From Eledone cirrhosa (taxonomy: Eukaryota): 64,000 nucleotides of DNA. The stretch's first letter is position 1. Each line of letters starts with the position of its first letter. The DNA is taken from positions 62,001 through 126,000 of the forward strand of contig OZ024766.1 in the NCBI GenBank assembly GCA_964016885.1, read 5' to 3'. Both the position numbers and the translations under genes were made by a program. Under the pieces are notes generated by a model. The model made no database searches, was not told the origin of the DNA, and saw only the letters and a list, made by a program, of their open reading frames with translations. Positions 1-11,058 of this stretch are shown in pieces.

Positions 1-31
1 TCGGTGCCACTAAAGAAAGGACACAAACTTG
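1..31 (+). CDS. 3' end of an upstream FU exon of the hemocyanin-like gene (window starts inside it)
   Basis: Reads SVPLKKGHKL-G|gtaagt, a phase-1 donor at 32. Near-identical to 811-841, which ends a hemocyanin beta-domain sequence. The phase matches the acceptor before 2422. Confidence 0.7.
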
Positions 32-171
32 GTAAGTAGTAAACTCTGCATCTGTTTCATTACTTGGAGTGTGGTGTGGTGTAGTGTAGTGTAGTGTGGT
101 GTAGTGTGGTGTAGTGTGGTGTGGTGTAGTGTGGTGTGGTGTGGCGTGGTGTGGCGTGGCGTGGCGTGGAG

Positions 172-497
172 ATTTTATGTCCGCTTTTCCCTGCTTGCAA
201 GGGTGGGACAGGAACTGATTCTGGCTTGATTTCTACAGCTGGATGCCCTTCCTAACACCAACCTCATTTACAGTGAGTGCTGGGTGCTTTATGGCCGTGG
301 CGCCTCCACGACCACTTTTCAGTTGAATGATAGGGACCCCAGTCCCTATCATCTCATTTCTACAGCTGAGTAAACTGGTGCAATGTGAGAATAAAGTGTC
401 TTGCTCAAGGAAACAACACATCACCCGGTCTGAGAATTGAACTCCCAACCTTTCGATTGCAAGCCCAATGCTCTAACCACTAAGCCATGTGCCTCCA
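172..497 (-). mobile_element. tRNA-derived SINE (family B-related)
   Basis: The reverse complement has A-box/B-box-like TGGCTTAGTGG...GGGAGTTCAATTCTC followed by CTTGAGCAAGACACTTTATT. Duplicated at 1043-1366. Confidence 0.75.
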
Positions 498-549
498 TAT
501 GCAGTAATTATATTGTATTGTATATTACATAAATATCTAATATATATTT

Positions 550-841
550 GTGAAATGGGTGGTGGTTGAAATTCAGATGTGCACGGCTAAATGGTAGTAC
601 AAAGCGGGCAAGTTTTTCGTCATGGGAGGGTTAGAAAGCAGTTGGGATTTCAGCTACCCTTATCTCTTCGAAATCCCAAACGCGTTTAAAAACCTTGATA
701 TCCATTATCTCCATGATCCCTACTACGTCTATGCAGATTTACACCACTTAAGAGGTCATCACTTACTCAATGACACCATACCAGGGTCCACCGTCTCGTA
801 CATCGCTGCGCCGGTGCCACAAAAGAAAGGACACAAAGTTG
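550..841 (+). pseudogene. Duplicated partial hemocyanin-like FU exon (beta-domain C-terminus) with in-frame stop
   Basis: Reads VKWVVVEIQMCTAKW*YKAGKFFVMGGLESSWDFSYPYLFEI...VSYIAAPVPQKKGHKV-G|gtaagt, resembling the AGxFFVLGGxxEMPWxFDRxYxYDI motif. TAG at 595-597. Part of an 810-bp-offset tandem duplication. Confidence 0.6.
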
Positions 842-1042
842 GTAAGTAGTAAACTCTGCATCTATTTCATTACTTGGAGTGTAGTGTGGTGTAGTGTAGT
901 GTAGTGTGGCGTAGTGTGGTGTAGTGTGGTGTAGTGTAGTGTAGTGTGATGTGGTGTGGTGTGGTGTAGTGTAGTGTAGTGTAGTGTAGTGTAGTGTAGT
1001 GTGGTGCGGTGCGGTGCGGTGCGGTGCGGTGCGGCGCGGCGA

Positions 1043-1366
1043 TTTTATGTCCGCTTTTCCCTGCTTGCAAGAGTGAGACAGGAACTGATTCTGGCTTGAT
1101 TTCTACAGCTGGATGCCCTTCCTAACACCAACCTCATTTACAGTGAGTGCTGGGTGCTTTTTTGCCGGGGCACCTCCACGACCACTTTGCAGTGGAATGA
1201 TAGGGACCCCAGTCCCTATCATCTCATTTCTACAGCTGAGTAAACTGGAGCAATGTGAAATAAAGTGTCTTGCTCAAGGAAACAACACATCACTTGGTCT
1301 CAGAATTGAACTCACAACCTTTCGATTGCAAGCCCAATGCTCTAACTGCTAAGTCATATGCCTCCA
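1043..1366 (-). mobile_element. tRNA-derived SINE, duplicate of 172-497
   Basis: Near-identical to 172-497 and preceded by the same (GTGTA/GTGTG)n tract. Confidence 0.75.
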
Positions 1367-1401
1367 TATGGAGTAAATATATTGTGTTGTATATTACATA
1401 A

Positions 1402-1452
<51 letters not shown>

Positions 1453-1581
1453 AAAGTTCTATTTAAATTGTTGGGATACAACAAGCAAATATTTTTATAA
1501 CTGATATAAAGCACTCAACAAGTATTTGGAGTAAATATACAATATATTAACAAATGGAAACTATATTTATAAAACCATATT

Positions 1582-1646
1582 TATTTCATTATACATATTT
1601 CAAGGACACCAAGTTAAATTATGGTGTGCTTTCATCAGACAAAATA
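1582..1646 (-). ncRNA. Minimal type-I hammerhead ribozyme motif
   Basis: Reverse complement TATTTTGT-CTGATGA-stem II-GAAA-TATGTA-TA^-ATGAAATA. Confidence 0.72.
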
Positions 1647-1749
1647 TAATATAGATCAGTTTTTAAATAAATATTGACATACCCTTAAAGAATGCAACCA
1701 TTTCTGTTGGAAGTATGTCAATATTTATTTATAAAACTGCTTTATATAA

Positions 1750-1814
1750 TATTTTATCTGATGAAAGCACACCTTAATTTAACTTGGTGTCCTTGAAATA
1801 TGTATAATGAAATA
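1750..1814 (+). ncRNA. Minimal type-I hammerhead ribozyme motif
   Basis: TATTTTAT-CTGATGA-[AAGcACACC..GGTGTcCTT]-GAAA-TATGTA-T-A^-ATGAAATA. Stems I and II and a quasi-palindromic stem III are present. Confidence 0.75.
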
Positions 1815-1969
1815 AATATGGTTTTATAAATATAGTTTCCATTTGTTAATATCGTATATATATATATTTTTTTTCCGAAGTTTGAAAGGTACAATGTGTG
1901 TTTGGATGGATAATAATTAATTTATTCACATGTCCTGTACTGATATTTGGAGATTAATATATAAAGGAA

Positions 1970-2384
1970 CGATCGACTTTCGTCAAAACGGACCGAGGGA
2001 ACAATGTTTCCGTTGGTCTTTCCAATTGCTAATACTATCTATCGGCCGCAACTCCAGGTAGAAGGAGCAACGTGAAATAAAGTGTCTTGCTGTGTAGTGT
2101 AGTGTGATGTGGTGTAGTGTAGTGTGGTGTGGTGTAGTGTAGTGTGGTGTGGTGTGGTGTGGTGTAGTGTAGTGTAGTGTAGTGTAGTGTAGTGTAGTGT
2201 AGTGTAGTGTAGTGTAGTGTAGTGTAGTGTAGTGTAGTGTAGTGTGGTGTGGTGTAGTGTAGTGTAGTGTAGTGTGGTGTGGTGTGGTGTGGTGTGGTGT
2301 GGTGCGCATCGCCTGGTCCAGGAATCGAACTCACAACCTTACGATTGCGAATCCAATTCTCTAACCACTCAGCCACACGCCTTC
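1970..2384 (-). mobile_element. tRNA-derived SINE (family B) split by a (GTGTA)n microsatellite
   Basis: The head (about 2305-2384) and tail (1970-2090) match the intact copy at 29582-29800 in reverse. Confidence 0.8.
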
Positions 2385-2421
2385 ACAAATATATATATAT
2401 TGACAAATTCTCTTCTTACAG

Positions 2422-2878
2422 TAGAGAAAAAGGTCAAAACGGAGCCTGTTGTGGTGCGGAAGAATATTAAAAGTCTCAGCAAAAATGAAGAATTAGAGCT
2501 AAGACTAGCAATGCAGTGTTTCTTTGACGACAAATCCATCACCGGGTATCAGAAGTTAGCAGAATATGGCGGACTACTTCGGAGATGTCCGAAGCTGGAA
2601 TCCAATGTTCAGACGGTGTGTAGCGTCCACGGGGGACCCACTTTTCTACATTGGAACCGTTTGGCTTTGAAACAGCTGGAGAGTTCCCTGCGTTTGTGTG
2701 GAACGACTGTTGGCGTTCCCTATTGGGACTGGACAGATCCGGAAGATTCTCTGCCCCGGTTTGTAACTCTACAAGGATATATTGAACCGAAAAGTAATTT
2801 GCACAGATATAATCCCTTCTCTCGTCTCACTATCGATTTTCTGTCCTACACTAAAACAGCTAATAGGAACAATGAATG
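2422..2878 (+). CDS. Hemocyanin-like gene, penultimate FU exon 1 (CuA region degenerate)
   Basis: ttacag acceptor, phase 1. Reads VVRKNIKSLS..YQKLAEYGG..CP..CSVHGGPTFLHWNRL..GVPYWDWT..LP..NPF. Donor TG|gtgagt, phase 2. Confidence 0.92.
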
Positions 2879-2907
2879 GTGAGTGTTATTTAAATTTTTT
2901 CTTATCT

Positions 2908-2948
<41 letters not shown>

Positions 2949-3117
2949 AATCATTCAACGTCCATTTTCCATCCTGGAATGGGTTAGACGTGTTATCTTG
3001 TCAGCAATGCCAAGTCAGGTGAACGTGTCTTGCTCATACAGAACCAATTTTGGCTTGGTTTCTTCAGCGAAATGCCCTTCCTAGCGCACTGGGTGCTTTT
3101 TGTCGTGACACCTACAT

Positions 3118-3743
3118 GGGCGGTGGATTGGCAGTATCGGTAGAGGGTCGGACGCCATGGTAGGGTGGTGGATTGGCAGTATCGGTAGAGGGTCGGACGC
3201 CATGGTAGGGTGGTGGATTGGCAGTATCGGTAGAGGGTCGGACGCCATGGTAGGGCGGTGGATTGGCAGTATCGGTAGAGGGTCGGACGCCATGGTAGGG
3301 TGGTGGATTGGCAGTATCGGTAGAGGGTCGGACGCCATGGTAGGGTGGTGGATTGGCAGTATCGGTAGAGGGTCGGACGCCATGGTAGGGCGGTGGATTG
3401 GCAGTATCGGTAGAGGGTCGGACGCCATGCTAGGGTGGTGGATTGGCAGTATCGGTAGAGGGTCGGACGCCATGGTAGGGCGGTGGATTTGCAGTATCGG
3501 TAGAGGGTCGGACGCCATGGTAGAGTGGTAGATTGGCAGTATCGGTAGAGGGTCGGACGCCATGCTAGGGTGGTGGATTGGCAGTATCGGTAGAGGGTCG
3601 GACGCCATGGTAGGGTGGTGGAGTGGCAGTATCGGTAGAGGGTCGGACGCCATGGTAGGGTGGTGGAGTGGCAGTATCGGTAGAGGGTTGGACGCCATGC
3701 TAGGGTGGTGGATTGGCAGTATCGGTAGAGGGTCGGACGCCAT
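3118..3743 (+). repeat. 45-bp minisatellite (about 14 copies) made from the SINE family A head
   Basis: Unit GGGTGGTGGATTGGCAGTATCGGTAGAGGGTCGGACGCCATGGTA. The last unit runs into the SINE body. Confidence 0.9.
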
Positions 3744-3888
3744 GCTTTCCAGTATAGTTACGTCCCTTTACGATCTGAGTTCAAATCCCGCCGAGGTTGA
3801 CTTTGCCTTTCATCCTTACGGGGTCGATAAAATAAAGTACCAGTAATGCACTGGGGTAATTGCTGGCCTTGTGCCTAAAGTAGAAACA
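3700..3888 (+). mobile_element. tRNA-derived SINE (family A, octopus-type)
   Basis: A-box-like TGGCAGTATCGG, B-box GAGTTCAAATCC, then GACTTTGCCTTTCATCCTTACGGGGTCGATAAAATAAAGTACCAGT. More than 10 copies in the window. Confidence 0.85.
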
Positions 3889-3959
3889 ATTATATATTTT
3901 ATATATATTATATATAATGTGATATATATATAAATAATATCGAAATCTCATAGATTCGA

Positions 3960-4392
3960 TATTATGTGAGATATTATGTGAGGTAAAGCCTTTACCATGA
4001 AAATACAATAGTATATATAGAGTAATGTAAATGTTATGTGAGATATTATGTGAGGTAAAGCCTTTACTGTGAAAATACAATAGTAGATATAGAGTAATGT
4101 AAATGTTATGTGAGATATTATGTGAGGTAAAGCCTTTACTGTGAAAATACAATAGTAGATATAGAGTAATGTAAATGTTATGTGAGATATTATGTGAGGT
4201 AAAGCCTTTACTGTGAAAATACAATAGTATATATAGAGTAATGTAAATGTTTGTGAGGTATTATGTGAGGTAAAGCCTTTACTGTGAAAATACAATAGTA
4301 TATATAGAGTAATGTAAATGTTATGTGAGGTATTATGTGAGGTAAAGCCTGTACTGTGAAAATACAATAGTATATATAGAGTAATGTAAATG
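3960..4392. repeat. 72-bp minisatellite (about 6 copies)
   Basis: Unit TTATGTGAGATATTATGTGAGGTAAAGCCTTTACTGTGAAAATACAATAG... The ORF track shows 24-aa periodicity. Confidence 0.9.
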
Positions 4393-4650
4393 CTAAATGG
4401 TTAAAACCTTACTGTGAATTTAGAAGTGGTACCTTTCAACCCTGACTTTTAGCAATCAAGGAAGATCACTCAAATGGTTTCTGTTTCATTAACCATAATC
4501 AGAGTAGCTAACTCCGTTTGGATTCGAAGACGAACATATGTTAAAAGTTTACATTTTTTATGCTTATGAAAGTCTACCGAGGAATTTAATTTATTGACAG
4601 AACAAAAACTGGTAATCTGATCCCACCTTTTACATGTTCCCCTGTTTCAG

Positions 4651-5465
4651 GATTGCCGAAAACCTTGATGGAGAGAAACATTTGGTCCTCTTTACACAGC
4701 TCTTGTTTGCTTTGGAACAGGAGGACTTCTGCGATTTTACAATACAACTAGAGGTTCTTCAAAATAGTCTTTATAATATTTTCTTGGAGCCAGAATTTGA
4801 AACGCTGCACCACATGACCTTCGATCCTCTTTACTGGTTGCATTGCAATCAGGTAGATCGTTTGTGGGCCACATGGCAAGCCCTGCAACAATATCGAGGT
4901 CTGTCTTCCAAAGATTACTGTGTTCAGTCTGAACGCCATCGCCCTTTAAAGCCCTTCTCTGCTGGCCCTCCCATCAATACCAATACGATCACATATGACT
5001 ATTCAACGCCCGCCAAAGTACACGACTACCGCGAGAATCTAGAATACGAGTTCAATTCCCTGAAATTAGGAGCTTATATGTCACTCAGCCTCCCCGACCT
5101 TCAGAACCGCATTGATCACCAGAAATCTCTAGACCGTGTCTTCATCGGTTTCCAGCTACATGGCATCAAGACATCTGCGAAGGTATGGGTGACAATAGAA
5201 TCTGGCAGTAGGGTGTGGAAGGGTGAGGACAGTAGTGCTATTACGAATTTAGTCTCCATTTTGATCTATGGAAGCCACGAGGAGGACGACTGGTCATACA
5301 GTCGCTACTACAAGTATGATATATCCCAAGAGCTGCTACAATTGGGATTTAACCACGATGAGATGGACATGATACGTTTACATGTTAACATGGAGGACAT
5401 CAATGGTACAGCCCTTCCGGTCCACACTCTACCGAAACCTGTTATTATATACATACCCAACAAAC
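4651..5465 (+). CDS. Hemocyanin-like gene, penultimate FU exon 2 (degenerate CuB plus beta-domain)
   Basis: tttcag acceptor, phase 2 (TG+G = Trp). Reads ALEQEDFCDFTIQLEVLQNSLY..FDPLYWLHCNQVDRLWATWQALQQYRG..LKPF..DRVFIGFQLHGIKTSA..YKYDIS. Donor AAA C|gtaagt, phase 1. Confidence 0.93.
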
Positions 5466-5544
5466 GTAAGTAACTTTATATGGACTTTCATTTCCTGTTG
5501 TTGTTGTTATTACATTACCAAGCACAGCTCTCTGTGTGTCGTAG

Positions 5545-5651
5545 CTTCTTCTTCTTCTTCTTCTTCTTCTTCTTCTTCTTCTTCTTCTTCTTTTTCTTCT
5601 TTTTCTTCTTCTTTTTCTTCTTCTTCTTCTTCTTCTTCTTCTTCTTCTTCC

Positions 5652-5682
<31 letters not shown>

Positions 5683-5748
5683 CTTCTTCTTCTTCTTCTT
5701 CTTCTTCTTTTTCTTTTTCTTCTTCTTCTTCTTCTTCTTCTTCTTCTT
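5545..5748. repeat. (CTT)n microsatellite
   Basis: Direct reading. Confidence 0.95.
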
Positions 5749-5834
5749 GGTGTCTCCCCAAGCTACACCAGCCGAGCTCAGTTCATTGGTGTTATTCAAC
5801 CCTCTTGCTCGGGGGGAGGGAGGGGGGGGGGGCT

Positions 5835-6150
5835 ATCCCTGGGTCCCATGTCAGTTAGTTCTGCCCATAAAATATGTTCCAGCAAAATTTTTGCTGAGAT
5901 ATTCTAACTACATGTCCATAGTATTGGAGCTGTGATCTCCAAATTCATAGATGTATCAGTTCTACTTGTAGTGACTCTCCAATCTCCGAGCAATGCACTC
6001 TATCGAATAACGTTACCCCCAAAGATCCTTCGGAGGATCTCTATTTCGGCTGATTGTATTCTAACCACAACCACATACCTGAGGTAACAAAGCTATGATC
6101 TCTCAATTTGGAGAAGTAGCAGTTCTACCTGGGCTGACTCTCTAATCTAA
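5835..6150 (-). mobile_element. RTE-clade LINE 3' fragment (partly reduplicated at about 6345-6500 and 7075-7135)
   Basis: The reverse complement encodes RSQLQYYGHVVRI-like RTE C-terminal motifs and is homologous to 27945-28260. Confidence 0.65.
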
Positions 6151-6159
6151 CATTATTGC

Positions 6160-7072
6160 CGTGGATTGGCAGTATCGGTAGAGGGTCGGACGCCATGCTT
6201 TCCAGCATAGTTACGTCCCTTTACGATCTGAGTTCAAATCCCGCCGAGGTTGACTTTGCCTTTCATCCTTACGGGGTCGATAAAATAAAGTACCAGTAAT
6301 GAACTGGGTAATTGCTGGCCTTGTGCCTAAAGTAGAAACAATTATTTCAAAGATCCTTCGGAGGATCTCTATTTTGGCTGATTGTATTCTAACCACAACC
6401 ACATACCTGTAGTAACAAAGTTATGATCTCTCAATTTGGAGAGGTAGCAGTTCTACCTGGGCTGACTCTCTAATCTAACATTATTTCAAAGATCCTTATT
6501 TTAAAGGGCGGTAGATTGGCAGTATCAGTAGAGGGTCGGACCCCATGCTTTGCAGCGAAGAGTTACGAATATATATATTCGAAGTTTGAAAGGTACAATG
6601 TCTGTTTGGATGGATAATAATTAATTTATTCACATGTCCTGTACTGATATTTGGAGGTTAATATATATATATATATTAAGGGCGGTGGCTTGGCAGTATC
6701 AGTAGAGGGTCGGACGCCATGCTTTCCAGCATAGAGTTACGTCCCTTTACGATCTGAGTTCAAATCCCGCCGAGGTTGACTTTGCCTTTCATCCTTACGG
6801 GGTCGATAAAATAAAGTACCAGTAATGTACTGGGTTATTGCTGGCCTTGTGCCTAAAGTAGAAACAAATATATATATATATATTAAGGGCGGTGGCTTGG
6901 CAGTATCAGTAGAGGGTCGGACGCCATGCTTTCCAGCATATAGTTACGTCCCTTTACGATCTGAGTTCAAATCCCGCCGAGGTTGACTTTGCCTTTCATC
7001 CTTACGGGGTCGATAAAATAAAGTACCAGTAATGAACTGGGTAATTGCTGGCCTTGTGCCTAAAGTAGAAAC
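6160..7072 (+). mobile_element. Cluster of SINE family A copies (6160-6341, partial 6506-6567, 6679-6867, 6887-7072)
   Basis: Near-identical to 3700-3888. Confidence 0.85.
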
Positions 7073-7186
7073 AATTATTTCAAAGATCCTTCGGGGGATC
7101 TTTATTTCGGCTGCTTCTATTCTAACCACATGCTTGTATTCCGTCGTATCGGAACTGTGATCTTTCAAATTTGTTTTCTTTGGCAG

Positions 7187-8466
7187 TGAATTCTAAATGG
7201 TTAAAATACGACAGGAGACTTGTGGATACGCTCACACCAATGGAGGAGCTTGAGCTCCGTGAAGCACTGCGTAAATACAAAGCCGATAAAACAGCAGCTG
7301 GATTCGATAGACTAGCAAAGATGCATGGTTCACATCAATGGTGCCCGTATTTATCAGCTCCCGTCAAAAAACTTTGTTGTCACCACATGAGCAAAACATT
7401 TCTACCTTGGCATAGATTGCTGATAAAAAACTTCGAAGATGGCATGAGGCGGAGTGGCAACAGAATCGGAATTCCCTATTGGGATTGGACAAGTAAGATG
7501 AAAGCATTACCTAAGCTTGTTACCGACAAGGAGTATAGCGATTTAAGTGGTAAAATTCGAGTGAACCCATTCCTTGGAGCCTATGTAGATTTTTTGAATG
7601 AAAACACGACTAGAGATGTGCAAAAGAATCTGTTTTCAAGGCAAACATTAATAGATACAACCAGTCGTATTTCAAACGCTCTTGACCAACACAATTTTAT
7701 AATTTTCTCGCAAGGATTGGAGAGTATTCACAACGAAATCCATAATTTGGTTGGTGGGGATGCAGATTGTTCGATGTCCCGCCTAGAGTGTGCCGCTTAC
7801 GATCCAGTTTTTTACCTGCATCACAGCATGGTGGACCGTGTGTGGGCCGCGTGGCAACGGAAATACGATTGGCATAACACAGTGTCTCAAAACATAGAAT
7901 TTAATCAAACAATGAGTCCATTTAATATCAGTTCTATCAATGTTTATAAAATTACAAGCAGATATACTATACCCTGGATGACGTTTGATTATAAAAAGAA
8001 TTTCCACTATCATTACGACAATTTAGATATCATTAAATATCGAACGATGTTGAGTTGCATGAAAGATCGTCAACAAGTGGTTCGAACGTTTGTACAGATT
8101 TACGACTTGATAAACATCAGAGAACCATATATAGTGGCGTTCTACATAAGCCCAAAGGGAGATGTGGACGTGGCGAAGACGACGACAAGTGAGGTGCACA
8201 CAACCGCCAACGGCACCTCCTCAAACGTGGACACACTCATCAGCAGGTTAAAGAAGCAGAGAAGATTTGTGGAGGATGTACATATGATGGGCAGCAAATG
8301 GGAGTTGGCGGGTCGCACAAACGTAACCAACAGTGTGGAGGTCCACTCCATGATTGGATGGAACAAAACAGAGTTTGATCTGCACTACGTCGTCTTTGAC
8401 CTCCACGGTAAACTAATACACAGGGTGGCCCCGAGGGTGGAGGTCGTGAGTAAAACATACAGGTAA
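7187..8466 (+). CDS. Hemocyanin-like gene, last visible FU with an intact type-3 dicopper site
   Basis: tggcag acceptor, phase 1. KMHG..WCP, CCHH, FLPWHR, IPYWDWT, ESIHNEIH and DPVFYLHHSMVDRVWAAWQ give all six His. Ends at TAA 8464-8466 or splices at AG|gtaact (8462), so the 3' end is uncertain. Confidence 0.92.
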
Positions 8467-8571
8467 CTACTGCTACTGTTACTATTACTACTACTGCTAC
8501 TGCTGCTACTAATACTACTACTACTACTACTGCTACTGTTACTACTACTGCTACTGTTACTACTGCTACTG

Positions 8572-8630
<59 letters not shown>

Positions 8631-8916
8631 GCTACTGTTACTACTACTGCTATTGTTACTACTGCTACTGCTAATACTACTACTAATATTGCTACTACTA
8701 CTATTACTGCTACTACTACTACTACTACTACTGCTACTACTGCTATTACTGCTGCTGCTACTGCTACTACTACTACTACTGCTACTACTACTACTAATAC
8801 TGCTACTACTACTATTACTGCTACTACTACTAATACTACTACTGCTAATACTACTACTACTAATAATACTACTACTACTACTACTAATACTGCTGCTAGG
8901 GCTACTACTACTACTG

Positions 8917-8948
<32 letters not shown>

Positions 8949-9016
8949 GACACTACTACTACTACTACTGCTGCTGCTAATATTACTACTACTACTACTA
9001 CTGCTGCTGCTAATAT

Positions 9017-9060
<44 letters not shown>

Positions 9061-10060
9061 AACATCCATAACATTACCACTAACACCACCACCATACCCC
9101 CACCACACAACCACACCACACCACTACCACCACCACTACCACCACCACACCACCACCACACCACCACACCACCATACCACCACCACACCACCATACCACC
9201 ACCACACAACCACATCACACCACTACCACCACCACACCACCACCACCACCACATCACCATACCACCACCACACCACCATACCACCACCACACCACCATAC
9301 CACCACCACACCACCATACCCCCACCATACCACCACCACACCACCATACCACCACCAAACTACCATACCACCACCACCACCACCACCACCATACAACCAC
9401 CACCACACCACCATACCACCACCATACCACCACCACCACCACCACCACCATACAACCACCACCACACCACCATACCACCACAACCAGAACCACACCACCA
9501 TACCCCCACCATACCACCACCAAACTACCATACCACCACCATACCACCATACAACCACCACACCACCATACCACCACCACACCACCATACCACCACCACA
9601 CCACCATACCACCACCACCATACCACCACCAAACTACCATACCACCACCATACCACCATACAACCACCACACCACCATACCACCACCACACCACCATACC
9701 ACCACCACCATACCACCACCAAACTACCATACCACCACCAAACTACCATACAACCACCACCAAACAACCATACCACCACAACCACACCACCATACCACCA
9801 CCACACCACCATACCACCACCACACCACCATACCACCACCAAACTACCATACAACCACCACCAAACAACCATACCACCACAACCACACCACCATACCACC
9901 ACTATACCACCACCACCACCACCACCATACCACCACAACCACACCGCTATATCACCACACCACCACACCACCATACCACCACTATACCACCACCACCACC
10001 ACCACCATACCACCACTATACCACCACACCACCACACCACCACTATACCACCACCACCAC
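8467..10060. repeat. (CTA/CTG)n then (CCA/CCATA)n low-complexity tract
   Basis: Direct reading. Confidence 0.95.
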
Positions 10061-10214
10061 CATTGATATTAAATCTACTTCCTGTTCTACAGAAATAACA
10101 CGTGTCTCAACTTTTCCGGGGTGTCCACCTGTTCTCTGGCCCACTGCTACTCTGACAAGGTTCGACCAATGGGATCCTATGAAAAGCCGTTACATTGACC
10201 AATCGGATGGCTCC

Positions 10215-11058
10215 CTGACCACCATTGACCACTGGGATCGAATCCTCACCACCATTGACCACCATTGACCACCATTGACCACTGGGATGGTATCCTGACC
10301 ACCATTGACCACTGGGATCGAATCCTCACCACCATTGAACACCATTGACCACTGGGATGGTATCTTGACCACCATTGAACACCATTGACCACTGGGATGG
10401 TATCCTCACCACCATTGACCACCATTGACCACTGGGATGGTATCTTGACCACCATTGAACACCATTGACCACTGGGATGGTATCTTGACCACCATTGAAC
10501 ACCATTGACCACTGGGATGGTATCCTCACCACCATTGACCACCATTGACCACTGGGATGGTATCTTGACCACCATTGAACACCATTGACCACTGGGATGG
10601 TATCTTGACCACCATTGAACACCATTGACCACTGGGATGGTATCTTGACCACCAGTGACCACCATTGACCACTGGGATGGTATATTGACCACCATTGACC
10701 ACTGGGATGGTATCCTGACCACCATTGACCACCGGGATGGTATCCTGACCACCATTGACCACTGGGATGGTATCTTGACCACCATTGACCACCATTGACC
10801 ACTGGGATGGTATCCTGACCACCATTGAACACCATTGACCACCAGGATCGAATCCTGACCACCATTGAACACCATTGACCACTGGGATGGTATCCTGACC
10901 ACCATTGACCACCATTGACCACTGGGATGGTATCCTGACCACCATTGAACACCATTGACCACCAGGATCGAATCCTGACCACCATTGAACACCATTGACC
11001 ACTGGGATGGTATCCTGACCACCATTGAACACCATTGACCACCATTGACCACTGGGAA
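10215..11058. repeat. Minisatellite built from 10-bp modules (ACCATTGACC / ACTGGGATGG / TATCYTGACC)
   Basis: Irregular 30- and 40-bp units. Confidence 0.9.

Larger units (their letters stand above)
1543..1852. mobile_element. Fold-back (inverted) PLE-type repeat with a hammerhead in each arm
   Basis: About 140-bp arms (about 1543-1683 and 1712-1852) are reverse complements, and each contains CTGATGA...GAAA. Confidence 0.8.

Noticed and set aside
3081-3846. 15-aa repeat protein
   Set aside because: It is an intronic amplified SINE head, open on both strands.
2422-8466. Labelling the gene as canonical respiratory hemocyanin with FU letters
   Set aside because: Ligand loss and divergence prevent FU assignment without a phylogeny.
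8240-10098. Long poly-L/S/V and His-Pro-Thr ORFs
   Set aside because: They are translations of trinucleotide tracts.
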